From NCBI GenBank assembly GCA_018402585.1, contig JAGYIO010000002.1, forward strand, positions 224,406 to 288,405: a stretch of 64,000 bases of DNA, in the 5' to 3' direction. Shown here one piece after another: positions 1 to 9,505 of this stretch. A model generated the notes under the pieces. The model did no database searches. It was given only the letters and a program-made list of their open reading frames with translations, and had not been told where the DNA came from. The stretch is from Chthoniobacterales bacterium. Lineage in GTDB: Bacteria; Verrucomicrobiota; Verrucomicrobiia; Chthoniobacterales; JACTMZ01. Position 1 is the stretch's first letter, and the number at the start of each line of letters is the position of its first letter. The position numbers and the translations under genes were made by a program.

Positions 1-440
1 TGCTCGATGTGCCGATCGATGCCGGTGGTTCGCGCGAAATTGCCAACCGGGCCCGGGGCACGCCGCGCATTGCCAACAACCTGCTCCAGTGGTGCCGCGA
101 CTACGCCCAGGTGCGCGCCGCGGGAACGATCACCGCGGCATCGGCCTCCGCCGCGCTGGCCATGCTCGACATCGACGGCGACGGGCTGGATGAAATGGAC
201 AAGCGGATCCTCGAGACCATTGTGCACCGGTTCGGGGGAGGCCCGGTCGGGCTCAACTCCCTTGCCGTGGCCGTGGGCGAGGAATCCGGGACCCTCGAGG
301 AGGTGCACGAGCCCTTTCTCATCATGCGCGGCTATTTGCACCGCACCCCGCAGGGCCGGGCCGCCATGCCGGCCGCTTACACCAAGCTCGGACTCACCGC
401 GCCGGCCCGGGGGAACCAGCAGAATCTCTTCGACGCCTGA
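1..440 (+). CDS. ruvB: Holliday junction branch-migration helicase RuvB, C-terminal fragment (5' end outside window)
   Basis: The ORF is open to the window edge and ends at TGA 438-440. The translation [19 protein letters not shown]...[19 protein letters not shown] matches the conserved RuvB C-terminal winged-helix region. Confidence 0.85.
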   Translation, partial: LDVPIDAGGSREIANRARGTPRIANNLLQWCRDYAQVRAAGTITAASASAALAMLDIDGDGLDEMDKRILETIVHRFGGGPVGLNSLAVAVGEESGTLEEVHEPFLIMRGYLHRTPQGRAAMPAAYTKLGLTAPARGNQQNLFDA

Positions 441-454
441 GTCGCCGGGTTTTC

Positions 455-2239
455 ATGAGCATCTACCGCCGTACGTTCGCTTATTATCGTCCCTTTCTCG
501 GCGAAACACTCCTTGCCCTCGGTTTCGGTTTGGTTGTCACCGGACTCAATTTGCTCAAGCCGTGGCCCTTCAAATACATCGTCGACGGCATTCTCTCGCC
601 GGCCACCGCCGGCACTGCGGCGACACGGGCCCAATTGGAGCAATGGTCCGGGTCGTCCGCGGATCCGGCCAACCTGATTCTCTTCCTCTGCCTGGCCCTG
701 GTCGTCATCACCGTGCTGGCCGGCCTGGCCAATCTCGGCTCGAGCTATCTCCTGATCAATGCCGGCCTCAAGTCTCTCGTCCGCATCCGCACGGAGCTTT
801 ATGGGCACCTGCAACGGCTTTCGCTCAAGTTCCATGATACCCGGCGTTCCAGCGATTCCAGTTTCCGGGTGGCTTATGACACCCAGTCGATCCAGACAAT
901 TTACAACCGCGGTTTCACCAACATTTTTTCCTCCGGTATCATGCTCGCAGCCACCTTCCTTATCATGATCCGGCTCGACGCGGAGCTGACCTTTCTCTCC
1001 CTCGCCGTTGTCCCGCTGATTGTTCTGGCCATTTACTACTTCGCGAAAAAAATCCGTTCCCAGAGCACGGTCATCCAGGAACGGGAAAGCGCCCTGCTCG
1101 CCACCGTGCAGGAGGGGCTGGCCTCGGTGCGTATGGTGCATGCTTTTGGACAGGAGGATCGCGAGGTCGGCCAGTTCCACCGCCGCGCGCACGAGAGCCT
1201 GCTGGCCAACCTGCGGTTGACCTTCACCAATGTGACCAGCGCCCTGGTGGTGGGAACCCTCATGGCAGTCGGCACCGCGGTGCTCTACTATGTCGGCTCG
1301 CTCCACGTGCTCGAAGGTAAGTTGACCCTTGGAGATCTGCTCGTCTTTGGCTCTTACCTTCTCATGCTTTATGCGCCGCTGGAGCAATTGACCTATACGG
1401 CCTGGGCGATGGAAGGTGCCGCGGCGGGCGCACGTCGTTGTTTCGATATCCTCGACCGCGAGGATGATGTGCGCGACGCACCGGAGGCGACGCCGATCGG
1501 CGCGGTGCAGGGGGATATCACCATGCGTGCGGTCGATTTCGGCTACGACGAACGCCGGCAAATTCTGCACGGGGTGAATTTGCGCGTGGTGCATGGGGAG
1601 AGCGTGGCCATTGTCGGCGGGACCGGGGCGGGCAAGAGCACGTTCCTCAGTCTGGTGCCCCGGTTTTACGATCCAACGCGCGGGGACGTCTTGGTCGATG
1701 ACCGCAACCTGAAGGACGTGACCAAGAAATCGTTGCGCGGCAATATCAGCATAGTCTTGCAGGACACCCTCCTCTTCTCAACTACGGTGCGGGAGAATAT
1801 CGCCTACGGCCGCCCTGAAGCCACGGAGGACGAAATCATCGAAGCGGCACAGTGTGCTCAAGCCTACGATTTCATCACCGGCCTGCCGGAGGGGTTTTCC
1901 AGCCAGGTGGGCGAGCGGGGCGGGCACCTCAGTGTCGGCCAGCGCCAGCGCATCGGTCTTGCGCGGGCCTTCCTCAAGAATGCGCCGATCCTCCTGCTCG
2001 ACGAACCGACGTCCGCGCTCGACGCCACGACGGAGGAGGCGATTATGACGGTCATTGGCGAACTCATGAAGGGCCGCACCACACTCCTGGTGACGCACCG
2101 GCTGAACACCGCTCATCGTTTCGACCGTATCGTGGTTCTGGAAAACGGGCGCATTGTGGAGGAAGGAACGGGTCCGGGCCTGCTGGCCCGCGGCGGGGCT
2201 TACGCGAAAATGTTCACCGCGGGACATTACGAATCATGA
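455..2239 (+). CDS. ABC exporter, fused permease/ATPase (MsbA/ABCB-type half transporter)
   Basis: 594 aa with an N-terminal multi-TM exporter domain. The NBD has Walker A GGTGAGKST, signature LSVGQRQR and Walker B ILLLDEPTSALD. Confidence 0.9.
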   Translation: MSIYRRTFAYYRPFLGETLLALGFGLVVTGLNLLKPWPFKYIVDGILSPATAGTAATRAQLEQWSGSSADPANLILFLCLALVVITVLAGLANLGSSYLLINAGLKSLVRIRTELYGHLQRLSLKFHDTRRSSDSSFRVAYDTQSIQTIYNRGFTNIFSSGIMLAATFLIMIRLDAELTFLSLAVVPLIVLAIYYFAKKIRSQSTVIQERESALLATVQEGLASVRMVHAFGQEDREVGQFHRRAHESLLANLRLTFTNVTSALVVGTLMAVGTAVLYYVGSLHVLEGKLTLGDLLVFGSYLLMLYAPLEQLTYTAWAMEGAAAGARRCFDILDREDDVRDAPEATPIGAVQGDITMRAVDFGYDERRQILHGVNLRVVHGESVAIVGGTGAGKSTFLSLVPRFYDPTRGDVLVDDRNLKDVTKKSLRGNISIVLQDTLLFSTTVRENIAYGRPEATEDEIIEAAQCAQAYDFITGLPEGFSSQVGERGGHLSVGQRQRIGLARAFLKNAPILLLDEPTSALDATTEEAIMTVIGELMKGRTTLLVTHRLNTAHRFDRIVVLENGRIVEEGTGPGLLARGGAYAKMFTAGHYES

Positions 2240-3408
2240 GCCGCAAAAAAATTATTGTCCTCGGTTTCATGGGCACCTGTCCGGTGGCCGGAGTGATTTG
2301 GCAGCATTTGCACTACATGGTCGGCCTGCAGCGGCTCGGTCATGAGGTCTGGTATGTCGAAGACAGCACCCGCTATCCCTACGACCCGGAGGCCTTCACC
2401 CTCACGGAGGACATTTCTTACGCCGCCCGCATGCTTGCGCGGTTGGCCGACGAACACGGCTTTGCCGGCCGGTGGTGTTTCTGCGGGCGCTACGGGGGCG
2501 AACCGCGCCTGGCGGGTCTGGACCTTGCGGGGTTGCGTGCGCTTTACCGGGATTGCCAAGCGGCGCTCAACGTCTGTGGAAGCCATGAGCTGAACGACGA
2601 CCTGCTGGCAGTCCGCCGTTTGATCTACGTGGAGAGCGACCCGGGCGTCGAGCAGATCAAGATCGATTCGGGTGACGCCACCGTGCGGGACTACTTGTCG
2701 CGTCATGCCGCGCTTTTCACTTTCGGTGAGGCGGTCGGAACCCCGCGTTTTCCCGTGCCCTTGCACGGCCTTGAGTGGCGACCCACGCGGCAGCCGGTGG
2801 TCACGGATTTCTGGAAAACGGATAACGCGCCCGCTGCCGGTGCGCTTTACACCTCGATCTGCAATTGGTCGACCAGCGGCAAAAAGGACATCGATTGGCG
2901 CGGCGACCGGTATTTGTGGAGCAAGTCGTTGCAGTTTTTGCACTTTGTCGGCGCCCCGCGCCTTTGCGGCGAGCCCTTCGAGTTGGCCACCGATCTCAAG
3001 GATGCTGGCGAGAAGAAGAAGTTTGAGGACAACGACTGGCGGCTGGTCGACCCCCACGCGCTGAGCATGGAGTGGAATCGCTACCGGGATTACATCCGCC
3101 AGTCCAAGGGCGAGTTCACCGTGGCCAAGGACCAATACACGCGCCTCCAGACCGGATGGTTCAGCGACCGCTCCGCCTGCTACCTCGCGGCGGGGCGTCC
3201 GGTCATCACCGAGGAGACGGGTTTCACCGCGTTTTACGGGGGCAAGGAAGGGCTGCTCGCCTTTCGCACCATGGCGGAGGTGGAGGCTGCGGCCGCGGCT
3301 GTGCAGGCGGATTACCCGCGGCATTCGCGCGCGGCCGCGGAAATTGCCCGGGAATATTTTGAAGCGGAGAAAGTGCTCGCCTCCCTGCTTGATCGCGCGG
3401 GAGTCTGA
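2236..3408 (+). CDS. Glycosyltransferase-like protein (GT-B fold, CgeB/GT1-like C-terminal half); function uncertain
   Basis: ATG 2236 overlaps the upstream stop (ATGA). The N-terminus KKIIVLGFMG...LGHEVWYVEDS resembles a GT-B Rossmann start. The C-terminus WFSDRSACYLAAGRPVITEETGF...AREYFEAEKVL resembles GT1-type C-terminal domains. The match is recalled from memory, not searched. Confidence 0.55.
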   Translation: MSRKKIIVLGFMGTCPVAGVIWQHLHYMVGLQRLGHEVWYVEDSTRYPYDPEAFTLTEDISYAARMLARLADEHGFAGRWCFCGRYGGEPRLAGLDLAGLRALYRDCQAALNVCGSHELNDDLLAVRRLIYVESDPGVEQIKIDSGDATVRDYLSRHAALFTFGEAVGTPRFPVPLHGLEWRPTRQPVVTDFWKTDNAPAAGALYTSICNWSTSGKKDIDWRGDRYLWSKSLQFLHFVGAPRLCGEPFELATDLKDAGEKKKFEDNDWRLVDPHALSMEWNRYRDYIRQSKGEFTVAKDQYTRLQTGWFSDRSACYLAAGRPVITEETGFTAFYGGKEGLLAFRTMAEVEAAAAAVQADYPRHSRAAAEIAREYFEAEKVLASLLDRAGV

Positions 3409-3412
3409 CCCG

Positions 3413-3781
3413 GTGCAGAGAATATTTCAGGTTTTCGCTGCGGCCGGTATCGTCTTCGGCAACTTAGGCTGTGCCCTTTTCGGACCGAGGGAACCGGAAA
3501 TCCCGGAAGCCACCTTGCCCTCGTGGATTGGCCGCGTGATTATGCTCGAAACCGAACACCGCTTTGTCTTGGTCGATGTGGGAGCCGGGGCCGGCCCCGC
3601 TCCGGGCACCGCGGCCATGGCTTTCCGCGACAAAAGGCGCACCGCGCAGCTGGTCGTCACCGAGGAGTCGCGGCCGCCTTATGTTGCCATGGAAGTTCTC
3701 GAGGGCGGCCCGGCCTTGGGCGACGAAGTGGTGGCGGACGAGGGGGTGGCCCGTCCGGCGGCGTCAGGCGATCAGCCTTGA
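3413..3781 (+). CDS. Small lipoprotein, unknown function
   Basis: The GTG start lies 4 nt after the preceding stop. The N-terminus VQRIFQVFAAAGIVFGNLGC has a signal peptide plus lipobox (LG-C). The longer TTG-3344 start would overlap the upstream gene by 65 nt. Confidence 0.6.
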   Translation: MQRIFQVFAAAGIVFGNLGCALFGPREPEIPEATLPSWIGRVIMLETEHRFVLVDVGAGAGPAPGTAAMAFRDKRRTAQLVVTEESRPPYVAMEVLEGGPALGDEVVADEGVARPAASGDQP

Positions 3782-3828
3782 AAGGCTTGGCGAGAGGGCG
3801 GAGGTCGGGGTTTAATCAAGGTCGTTTT

Positions 3829-5748
3829 ATGAAGTCTCACCCGAGCGTCCGCTTTACGGTTGCTTTTTTCCTCTGGATTGGTCCCGTGGCGCATCTCCAC
3901 GCCCAGAATCCCCCGCCCGTCGCTACGCCGGTCGCCAGCCCGACCGACCTGACCGCGATCATGACTGAAAGTTTCCCCACAGCCGAACAGATCACCGCGG
4001 CCAGCCCGACTCCGCCGCCTGTTCCGCCGGCCGCCGCGGCCATGGAGCAACCCGCCCCGCTGGCCCCCATGCCGGCCGCCCTGCCTACGCCGATGCCGAG
4101 TCCGGTGGTCTCTCCCCTGCCGGCCCTGACCAATGCCGCCTCGCTCTCATTGGGTCTCGGCGGTCCCGTGGAGCAGGGCATTCCCGATCCCATGCAGATG
4201 ACTTTCCCTCCGGTGCCGGAAATCCCCGAGCCGGAGAGCCCCTCGTCCCCGGATCCGGTGACCACGATCAAGTTGCCGCCCGCCAGCTCGCTGGAGTTGC
4301 GACTGACTCCCGATGCCCAACGCCTTGGGATTGATGCCGCGATCCAAACGGGGGTGGAAAAGAACCCCGAGATTCTCGCGGCGATCCAGCAAATCCGTCT
4401 GACGCGCGGCCAGTTGGTGCAAGTGCGGGCCGCTCTGCTGCCCACCCTGCAGGTCAACTCGGGCTACAACGTGGAGTCGGACGCCCTGGCTAATCCGGTG
4501 CCCGACTTCGGCTTGGTCAACAACAACCAAGCTTGGAATGTCGCCATCCAAATCAATCAGAACATCTGGTCGGGTTGGAAAAATCAGGCGGACTTCTCCG
4601 CGGCACGGCTGGCCAATGACAGCGCGTTTTACTCCCTGCGTCAGACCATCGACAAAGTCGTGGCCGACACCAAAAAGCTTTTCTATGACGTCATCTTCAA
4701 TCGCGCGCTCATCCGCGTACGCGAGGAATCTGTAGCCGTGCTCCAATCGCAGTTGCAGGACCAGCAAAGCCGATTCGAAGCCGGTACCGTGCCGCGCTTC
4801 AATGTGCTGCAGGCCGAGGTTGCTTTGGCCAATGCCATCCCGCCGGTCATTCAGGCTCGCAATGCCTTGCGCATTTCCCAATTCGCCCTGGTCAAGCAAC
4901 TCGGTCTCGATTACCCGAGTGATCCTTCACTGGTGCCCATTGATGTGATCGGGCAACTCGACTATCGCCCGATCAAACTGGATCTGGGCGCCGCCGTCTT
5001 CACCTCCTTGGCCCGCAACCCGTCGCTCAAAGTGCAACGGCAAAACATTCTCATCGGCAAGGAGCAACTCAAAGCCGCGCTCTCCGGATTCCAGCCCACC
5101 CTCAATGTCACGGCCGGCTACCAGGCGTTCAATGTTGCCACCTCGGCAAGCTTGGATGAGGCGGTCAATGGTCTCTTTGTCGGCGTGGTCGGCAGTTGGA
5201 ATATCTTTGACGGTCTGGCCACGGTCGGTGCGACCCAAGCCGCCCGGGCGTCGCTGCAGCAGTCCATGATCAACTATGACAATGCGGCGCGCGGGGTGGA
5301 ACTCGATGTGCAGCGTTCGGTCTCCAATCTCATCGAGGCGCAGGAAGTAATCGACAGCCAGCGGGCCAACGTGGTGCAAGCGACCGAGGCCCTGAGGCTT
5401 TCCCGCGAGCGTCTCGACGCTGGCGCCGGAACGCAACTTGATGTCCTCAACGCGCAAGTCTCCCTCTTGCAGGCCCAGACCACGGAATTGGAAGGTCGCT
5501 TTCGCTACATCACAGCTTTGGCCGAATACAACCGCGTGCTCTCCCTCGACACGGTGTATGCCGATACCTACGACGACCCGATGCTCACGGCGCGGGAGCG
5601 CGGGCGGAATGACCTGCTTAATGCCACGGACAATCCCAATCCCGGCGTGCTGCACGGGGCGGTGCCCGACAAGCGGGACACGCTCCGGGCGCGCAAAGCC
5701 AAACCGGTGCCGACCCCTCGTGGCGACCAGAAAAGCGTCAAGCGCTGA
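3829..5748 (+). CDS. TolC-family outer membrane efflux protein with long Pro-rich N-terminal linker
   Basis: ATG 3829 is followed by a signal peptide (FFLWIGPVAHLHA/Q). About 125 aa of Pro/Ala-rich low complexity follow. The remaining ~480 aa show the duplicated OEP/TolC helix-strand pattern (LTRGQL...LLPTL...SGYN; second repeat LKAALSGFQPTLNVTAGY). Confidence 0.85.
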   Translation: MKSHPSVRFTVAFFLWIGPVAHLHAQNPPPVATPVASPTDLTAIMTESFPTAEQITAASPTPPPVPPAAAAMEQPAPLAPMPAALPTPMPSPVVSPLPALTNAASLSLGLGGPVEQGIPDPMQMTFPPVPEIPEPESPSSPDPVTTIKLPPASSLELRLTPDAQRLGIDAAIQTGVEKNPEILAAIQQIRLTRGQLVQVRAALLPTLQVNSGYNVESDALANPVPDFGLVNNNQAWNVAIQINQNIWSGWKNQADFSAARLANDSAFYSLRQTIDKVVADTKKLFYDVIFNRALIRVREESVAVLQSQLQDQQSRFEAGTVPRFNVLQAEVALANAIPPVIQARNALRISQFALVKQLGLDYPSDPSLVPIDVIGQLDYRPIKLDLGAAVFTSLARNPSLKVQRQNILIGKEQLKAALSGFQPTLNVTAGYQAFNVATSASLDEAVNGLFVGVVGSWNIFDGLATVGATQAARASLQQSMINYDNAARGVELDVQRSVSNLIEAQEVIDSQRANVVQATEALRLSRERLDAGAGTQLDVLNAQVSLLQAQTTELEGRFRYITALAEYNRVLSLDTVYADTYDDPMLTARERGRNDLLNATDNPNPGVLHGAVPDKRDTLRARKAKPVPTPRGDQKSVKR

Positions 5749-5750
5749 GC

Positions 5751-6398
5751 GTGGTGTTCACTGGTTCCCTCTATCATCCACTGTCTGCTTTGGCTGGTGT
5801 GCGCGCGCTGTTTGTCCCGCGGATGGCCGGTATCGCGGTCGATACGGACCGTGAGACCGCCTTGCAGCGGCTGGCCCCGGCCCACGCGGTTTGTCTTGAT
5901 CAGAGCGGATTTGATCCGAAATTGCTGGCTACAGCCGGGCAAGTTCATGGTGGCGAGGTGGCCGTGGTTCAGGCTCCGGGGAGTCATGCCGGAGTCGATG
6001 CTTTGGTCACCGAAAGTCGCGGTGTGGTGCTCGGCATTTACGTGGCCGACTGCGCGGCGGTGTATCTGGCCGATCGTCGTGGACGGGCTATTGCGCTGGT
6101 CCATTCCGGGCGGGCCGGCACCACGGCCGGCATCACGGCGCGCACCATCGCCTTGCTGCAGGCCAAATTCGGCATTGCGCCGGCCGATCTCGTGGTCGAG
6201 ATCAGTCCATGTATCCGGCCGCCCCTTTACGAAACCGATTTCGCGGCCGAGATTGCCGCCCAGGCGCGGGAAGCCGGCGCTGGACAAATCGTCGATGCCG
6301 GTATTTGCACCGGGCGTGAAGTTCGGCATTACTACTCTTATCGCGCCGAGCGCGGCCGCACCGGCCGGATGCTGGCCGCCTTGCAACTGCGAGCATGA
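5751..6398 (+). CDS. pgeF: YfiH/PgeF family (DUF152) purine nucleoside phosphorylase / peptidoglycan editing factor
   Basis: Family motifs are present: QVHGGEV, VDALVTE, VADCAAV, VHSGRAGT, ISPCI and YSYRAERG. The GTG start lies 2 nt after the tolC-like stop. Confidence 0.8.
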   Translation: MVFTGSLYHPLSALAGVRALFVPRMAGIAVDTDRETALQRLAPAHAVCLDQSGFDPKLLATAGQVHGGEVAVVQAPGSHAGVDALVTESRGVVLGIYVADCAAVYLADRRGRAIALVHSGRAGTTAGITARTIALLQAKFGIAPADLVVEISPCIRPPLYETDFAAEIAAQAREAGAGQIVDAGICTGREVRHYYSYRAERGRTGRMLAALQLRA

Positions 6399-7108
6399 TC
6401 CGGCGTTTCGCAGAGAGTCATCCCGAATGGATGGACGTGGCCGAGCAGGCCACGCCGGAACTCGAAGCCGACTTGGTAAATCTCGAGGCACTCAACCGCC
6501 GTTTCGGAGCGCACCGCTTGGTGTTCGATTTTCTCGGGCCTCTGCTCGAGCGGCAGCAACCGCTGCGTCTGCTCGACCTGGGCACCGGAGCGGGTGACAT
6601 TCCCCGCGCGTTGGTCCAACGCGCGCGGGAAGTGGGCTGTCCCCTTGTCGTTACCGCGGTGGACCGTCAGCAGCCGACCCTGCAGATTGCGGAAAAGTTT
6701 TCCCGCGGTTTCCCCGAGATTCATTACGTCCGGGCGGACTTTCTTAATTTTTCGGCAGGATCCCTCTACGATGTCGTGCTCTGCAACCTTGTCCTGCACC
6801 ATCTGGAGGAAAGTGATGCGATCCGCCTGCTCCGCCGGTGCCGTGAGTTGACCAGAGGAGCGGCCTTGGTCACTGACTTGCGCCGTTCGCGTCTGGCCCA
6901 AGCCGGAATTTTCGCCCTGACCGGGCTGATCTACCGCGAGGCCATGACCAAGCACGACGCGCGCCTTTCGGCGGAACGCGCCTTTTCCTTTCCTGAGCTG
7001 CGTAAGCTGGCCATCGCGGCCGGTTGGTGGGGATTCCGCCACCGCCGCGCGCCGTTTTTCCGTCAGGCGCTCTGGATGGATGTATCCGCGCGCCACCGGG
7101 GTCGCTGA
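6395..7108 (+). CDS. Class I SAM-dependent methyltransferase
   Basis: Motif I is LLDLGTGAGDIP, with an acidic loop VTAVD and motif post-I/II DVVLCNLVLHHL. The start overlaps the upstream stop (ATGA). Confidence 0.8.
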   Translation: MIRRFAESHPEWMDVAEQATPELEADLVNLEALNRRFGAHRLVFDFLGPLLERQQPLRLLDLGTGAGDIPRALVQRAREVGCPLVVTAVDRQQPTLQIAEKFSRGFPEIHYVRADFLNFSAGSLYDVVLCNLVLHHLEESDAIRLLRRCRELTRGAALVTDLRRSRLAQAGIFALTGLIYREAMTKHDARLSAERAFSFPELRKLAIAAGWWGFRHRRAPFFRQALWMDVSARHRGR

Positions 7109-7209
7109 AGCAAGGGGTCAGGCCGCTTTTTTCCTTCGGGGCACCGAGTGCCGCGGAGGGAAAATAAGGCCAACCGTCTCGGTCGCGAGAGGGATCTCGC
7201 GCCCCGCCT

Positions 7210-8922
7210 TCACATCCGCTCGGGCACCTGAACACCGAGAAGATCGAGACCTTGCTTAAGCACGCGGGCGGTCGCTGCGCAGAGGACGAGGCGGGAATGC
7301 TCTGTCACGCCCCCGGATTTGAGCACCGGGCAGGCTTCGTAAAAGGTGTGGAAGGCATTGGCTGTCTCGAAGAGATGGTTGGCCAGAAGATTGGGACGGA
7401 AGTCCTGGAGGACCAACGGGACAATCTCGCCGAATCGGAGAAGCTTTTTGGCCAAGGCCAGTTCGGCCGGTTCGGTCAGGACCACCTCCTGCACGCTGCC
7501 GAGTTCGGACCCAAGTTTGCGGAAAATCGACCGCACGCGCACGTAGGCATTTTGCAAATAGGGTGCGGTGTTGCCCTGCAAGGAGAGCATCTTGGACCAG
7601 GAAAAGACGTAGTCGCTCATCCGGTGCTGGGAGAGTTCGGCATATTTGACCGCACCAAGTCCCACGACACGCGCGATGTGTTCTTTTTCCTCGGCGGGCA
7701 GTTCGGGATTTTTCGCCTCGATCATGGCCCGGGCCCGGCTGACGGCTTCGTCCATCAAGTCGCGCAGCGGGACATTGTCGCCCGAGCGGGTCTTCATCAG
7801 TTTGTGATCCTCGCCAAGAATACTGCCGAAGGCGACATGCTCGAGTTGTGTTCCGACCCCCATCCGCCTTGCGGCGGCGAAGACCTGCTGGAAGTGCAAC
7901 TGCTGCGGGGCGCCGGCTACATACCAGATAGCCTGCGGGTCCCATCGCTCGATCCGGTATTCGATCGTGGCCAGGTCGGTGGTGGCATAGAGGAAGCCTC
8001 CGTCGCTCTTGCGGATAAGGCATGGTTTCTCGGTCAGGGCCGGAATATCCGGAAAGAAAATGCAGGCGGCACCCTCGCTGATTTGCGCGGTCCCGGCGGC
8101 GAGGAGTTGGTCGACCAGCGGGGCGAGCGCGGGATGGTAAAAACTTTCCCCGAGGCGTTCGTCGAAATCCACCCCGAGCTTTTCGTAGATCCCGGCAAAT
8201 TCGGCCCAGGACAAATCGACGAGTTGCTCCCAGATGGCGCGGTTTTCCGGGTCTCCTTGCTGCAGTTTGACCAGTTCCTCGCGCGCCGCTTTGTGTACGG
8301 CTGGGTCGGTCTGCTCGAGCGCGTTGACCTCACGGTAGAGACGCGTCATTTCCGCGATCGGATTGCGCTCCAGCGCATCACGGTCGAGAAGGTGCTTCCA
8401 ACCGTGCAGAACTTTGCCGAACTGGGTGCCCCAATCGCCGAGATGGTTGTCGGTCACAACTTCGTGGCCGGCAAACCGGGCGATGCGGGCCAGCGCATGG
8501 CCCAGGATCGTGCTCCGGATGTGCCCGACGTGCATCGGCTTGGCAATGTTGGGCGAACTGAAGTCGATGATGATGCGGAGCGGGTTTTTCGTGGCGGAGA
8601 CGCCGCAGCGGGCCTCATCCGCCAGGGCCCGGAGTTGCCCGGAGACCCAAGGCGGCTTAAGGCGGAAGTTGAGAAAGCCCGGACCGGCAATCTCCGGCTT
8701 CAGGCAAATGTCGCCCGCTTCGAAATAGCCGGCAATTCGGGCTGCGAGTTCGCGCGGGTTGGTTTTTGCTTCCTTGGCCAGAACCATGGCGGCATTGGCT
8801 TGGTAGTCGCCGAACCGGGTGTCGGCTGCCGCGGTCACCTCGCCCCGCTCGGGCGGCAATCCGCAGGCGACCAGCGCCGCGTGCAACCGTTTGGTCAGCA
8901 CGGCCTGCGGCGTGGCGCTCAT
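7210..8922 (-). CDS. argS: Arginine--tRNA ligase
   Basis: 570 aa with the N-terminal Arg-tRNA-binding domain (DTRFGDYQANAAM). It has the class I HIGH-type motif PMHVGHIRSTILG and a C-terminal DALR anticodon-binding domain ending ...VPERM. Confidence 0.95.
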   Translation of the reverse strand: MSATPQAVLTKRLHAALVACGLPPERGEVTAAADTRFGDYQANAAMVLAKEAKTNPRELAARIAGYFEAGDICLKPEIAGPGFLNFRLKPPWVSGQLRALADEARCGVSATKNPLRIIIDFSSPNIAKPMHVGHIRSTILGHALARIARFAGHEVVTDNHLGDWGTQFGKVLHGWKHLLDRDALERNPIAEMTRLYREVNALEQTDPAVHKAAREELVKLQQGDPENRAIWEQLVDLSWAEFAGIYEKLGVDFDERLGESFYHPALAPLVDQLLAAGTAQISEGAACIFFPDIPALTEKPCLIRKSDGGFLYATTDLATIEYRIERWDPQAIWYVAGAPQQLHFQQVFAAARRMGVGTQLEHVAFGSILGEDHKLMKTRSGDNVPLRDLMDEAVSRARAMIEAKNPELPAEEKEHIARVVGLGAVKYAELSQHRMSDYVFSWSKMLSLQGNTAPYLQNAYVRVRSIFRKLGSELGSVQEVVLTEPAELALAKKLLRFGEIVPLVLQDFRPNLLANHLFETANAFHTFYEACPVLKSGGVTEHSRLVLCAATARVLKQGLDLLGVQVPERM

Positions 8923-9390
8923 TTAGCGGTGACCGCCGCGGCTGGCGAAAACTTGCAGAATGTCCTGCGCAGTGGGCGCGGCCGCCAATTCCTCGCGCAC
9001 CGTGCGGTCGTTGAGGAATTTTGCGATGGCCGCAAGGGTGCGCAGATGGACTTGGAACTGGTCACGGGGAACGACAAAGAGCACGATGAAGTGCACGAGT
9101 TCGTTGTCCAAAGAGTCAAATTCAATACCCGCGGTCGAGCGGCCGAAGGCGGCCACCACCTCGGTGACGTGCTCGGAGGAGGCATGGGGGATGGCGATGC
9201 CAAAGCCGATGCCGGTGCTCATGGTTTCCTCGCGCTGCTTCAAGGCATCCAAAACGCTCTCCCGATATTGGGGCTCAATACGTTGCTTCACCACGAGCAG
9301 GTCTACGATCTCGGTGATCGCCGGCCATCGCTCCGTTGTTTTCATTTCGGGAATAATTTCCCCGACCGTGAGCAAACTCGACAGTGTCAT
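8923..9390 (-). CDS. ptsN: PTS EIIA(Ntr)-type nitrogen regulatory protein
   Basis: 155 aa with a PTS_EIIA_2 pattern. The phosphorylatable His region is STGIGFGIAIPHA. Its TAA stop abuts the argS ATG. Confidence 0.8.
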   Translation of the reverse strand: MTLSSLLTVGEIIPEMKTTERWPAITEIVDLLVVKQRIEPQYRESVLDALKQREETMSTGIGFGIAIPHASSEHVTEVVAAFGRSTAGIEFDSLDNELVHFIVLFVVPRDQFQVHLRTLAAIAKFLNDRTVREELAAAPTAQDILQVFASRGGHR

Positions 9391-9505
9391 GCGCCTTGAC
9401 CCGCCACGTTAGCAACGGAGCGCGGCATGGCAAGATGATTTGCCCCCAGACAAGGTGCGGGCGGATGTGTTAGCGCTTTGGTCGCGCTAGGTTTACGGTC
9501 CACGG

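Noticed and set aside
7252-9399. 715-aa plus-strand ORF spanning the argS/ptsN region
   Set aside because: It is antisense to two genes with unmistakable family motifs. Its translation is Gly/Arg/Ala/Val-rich with no recognisable domain. This is a typical shadow ORF in GC-rich DNA.
9428-9443. Sigma-54-like motif TGGCAAGATGATTTGC upstream of the aminotransferase, next to ptsN
   Set aside because: The GG and GC dinucleotides are separated by 11 nt instead of the strictly required 10, and the -24 element is TGGCAA rather than TGGCAC. This is probably a chance match.
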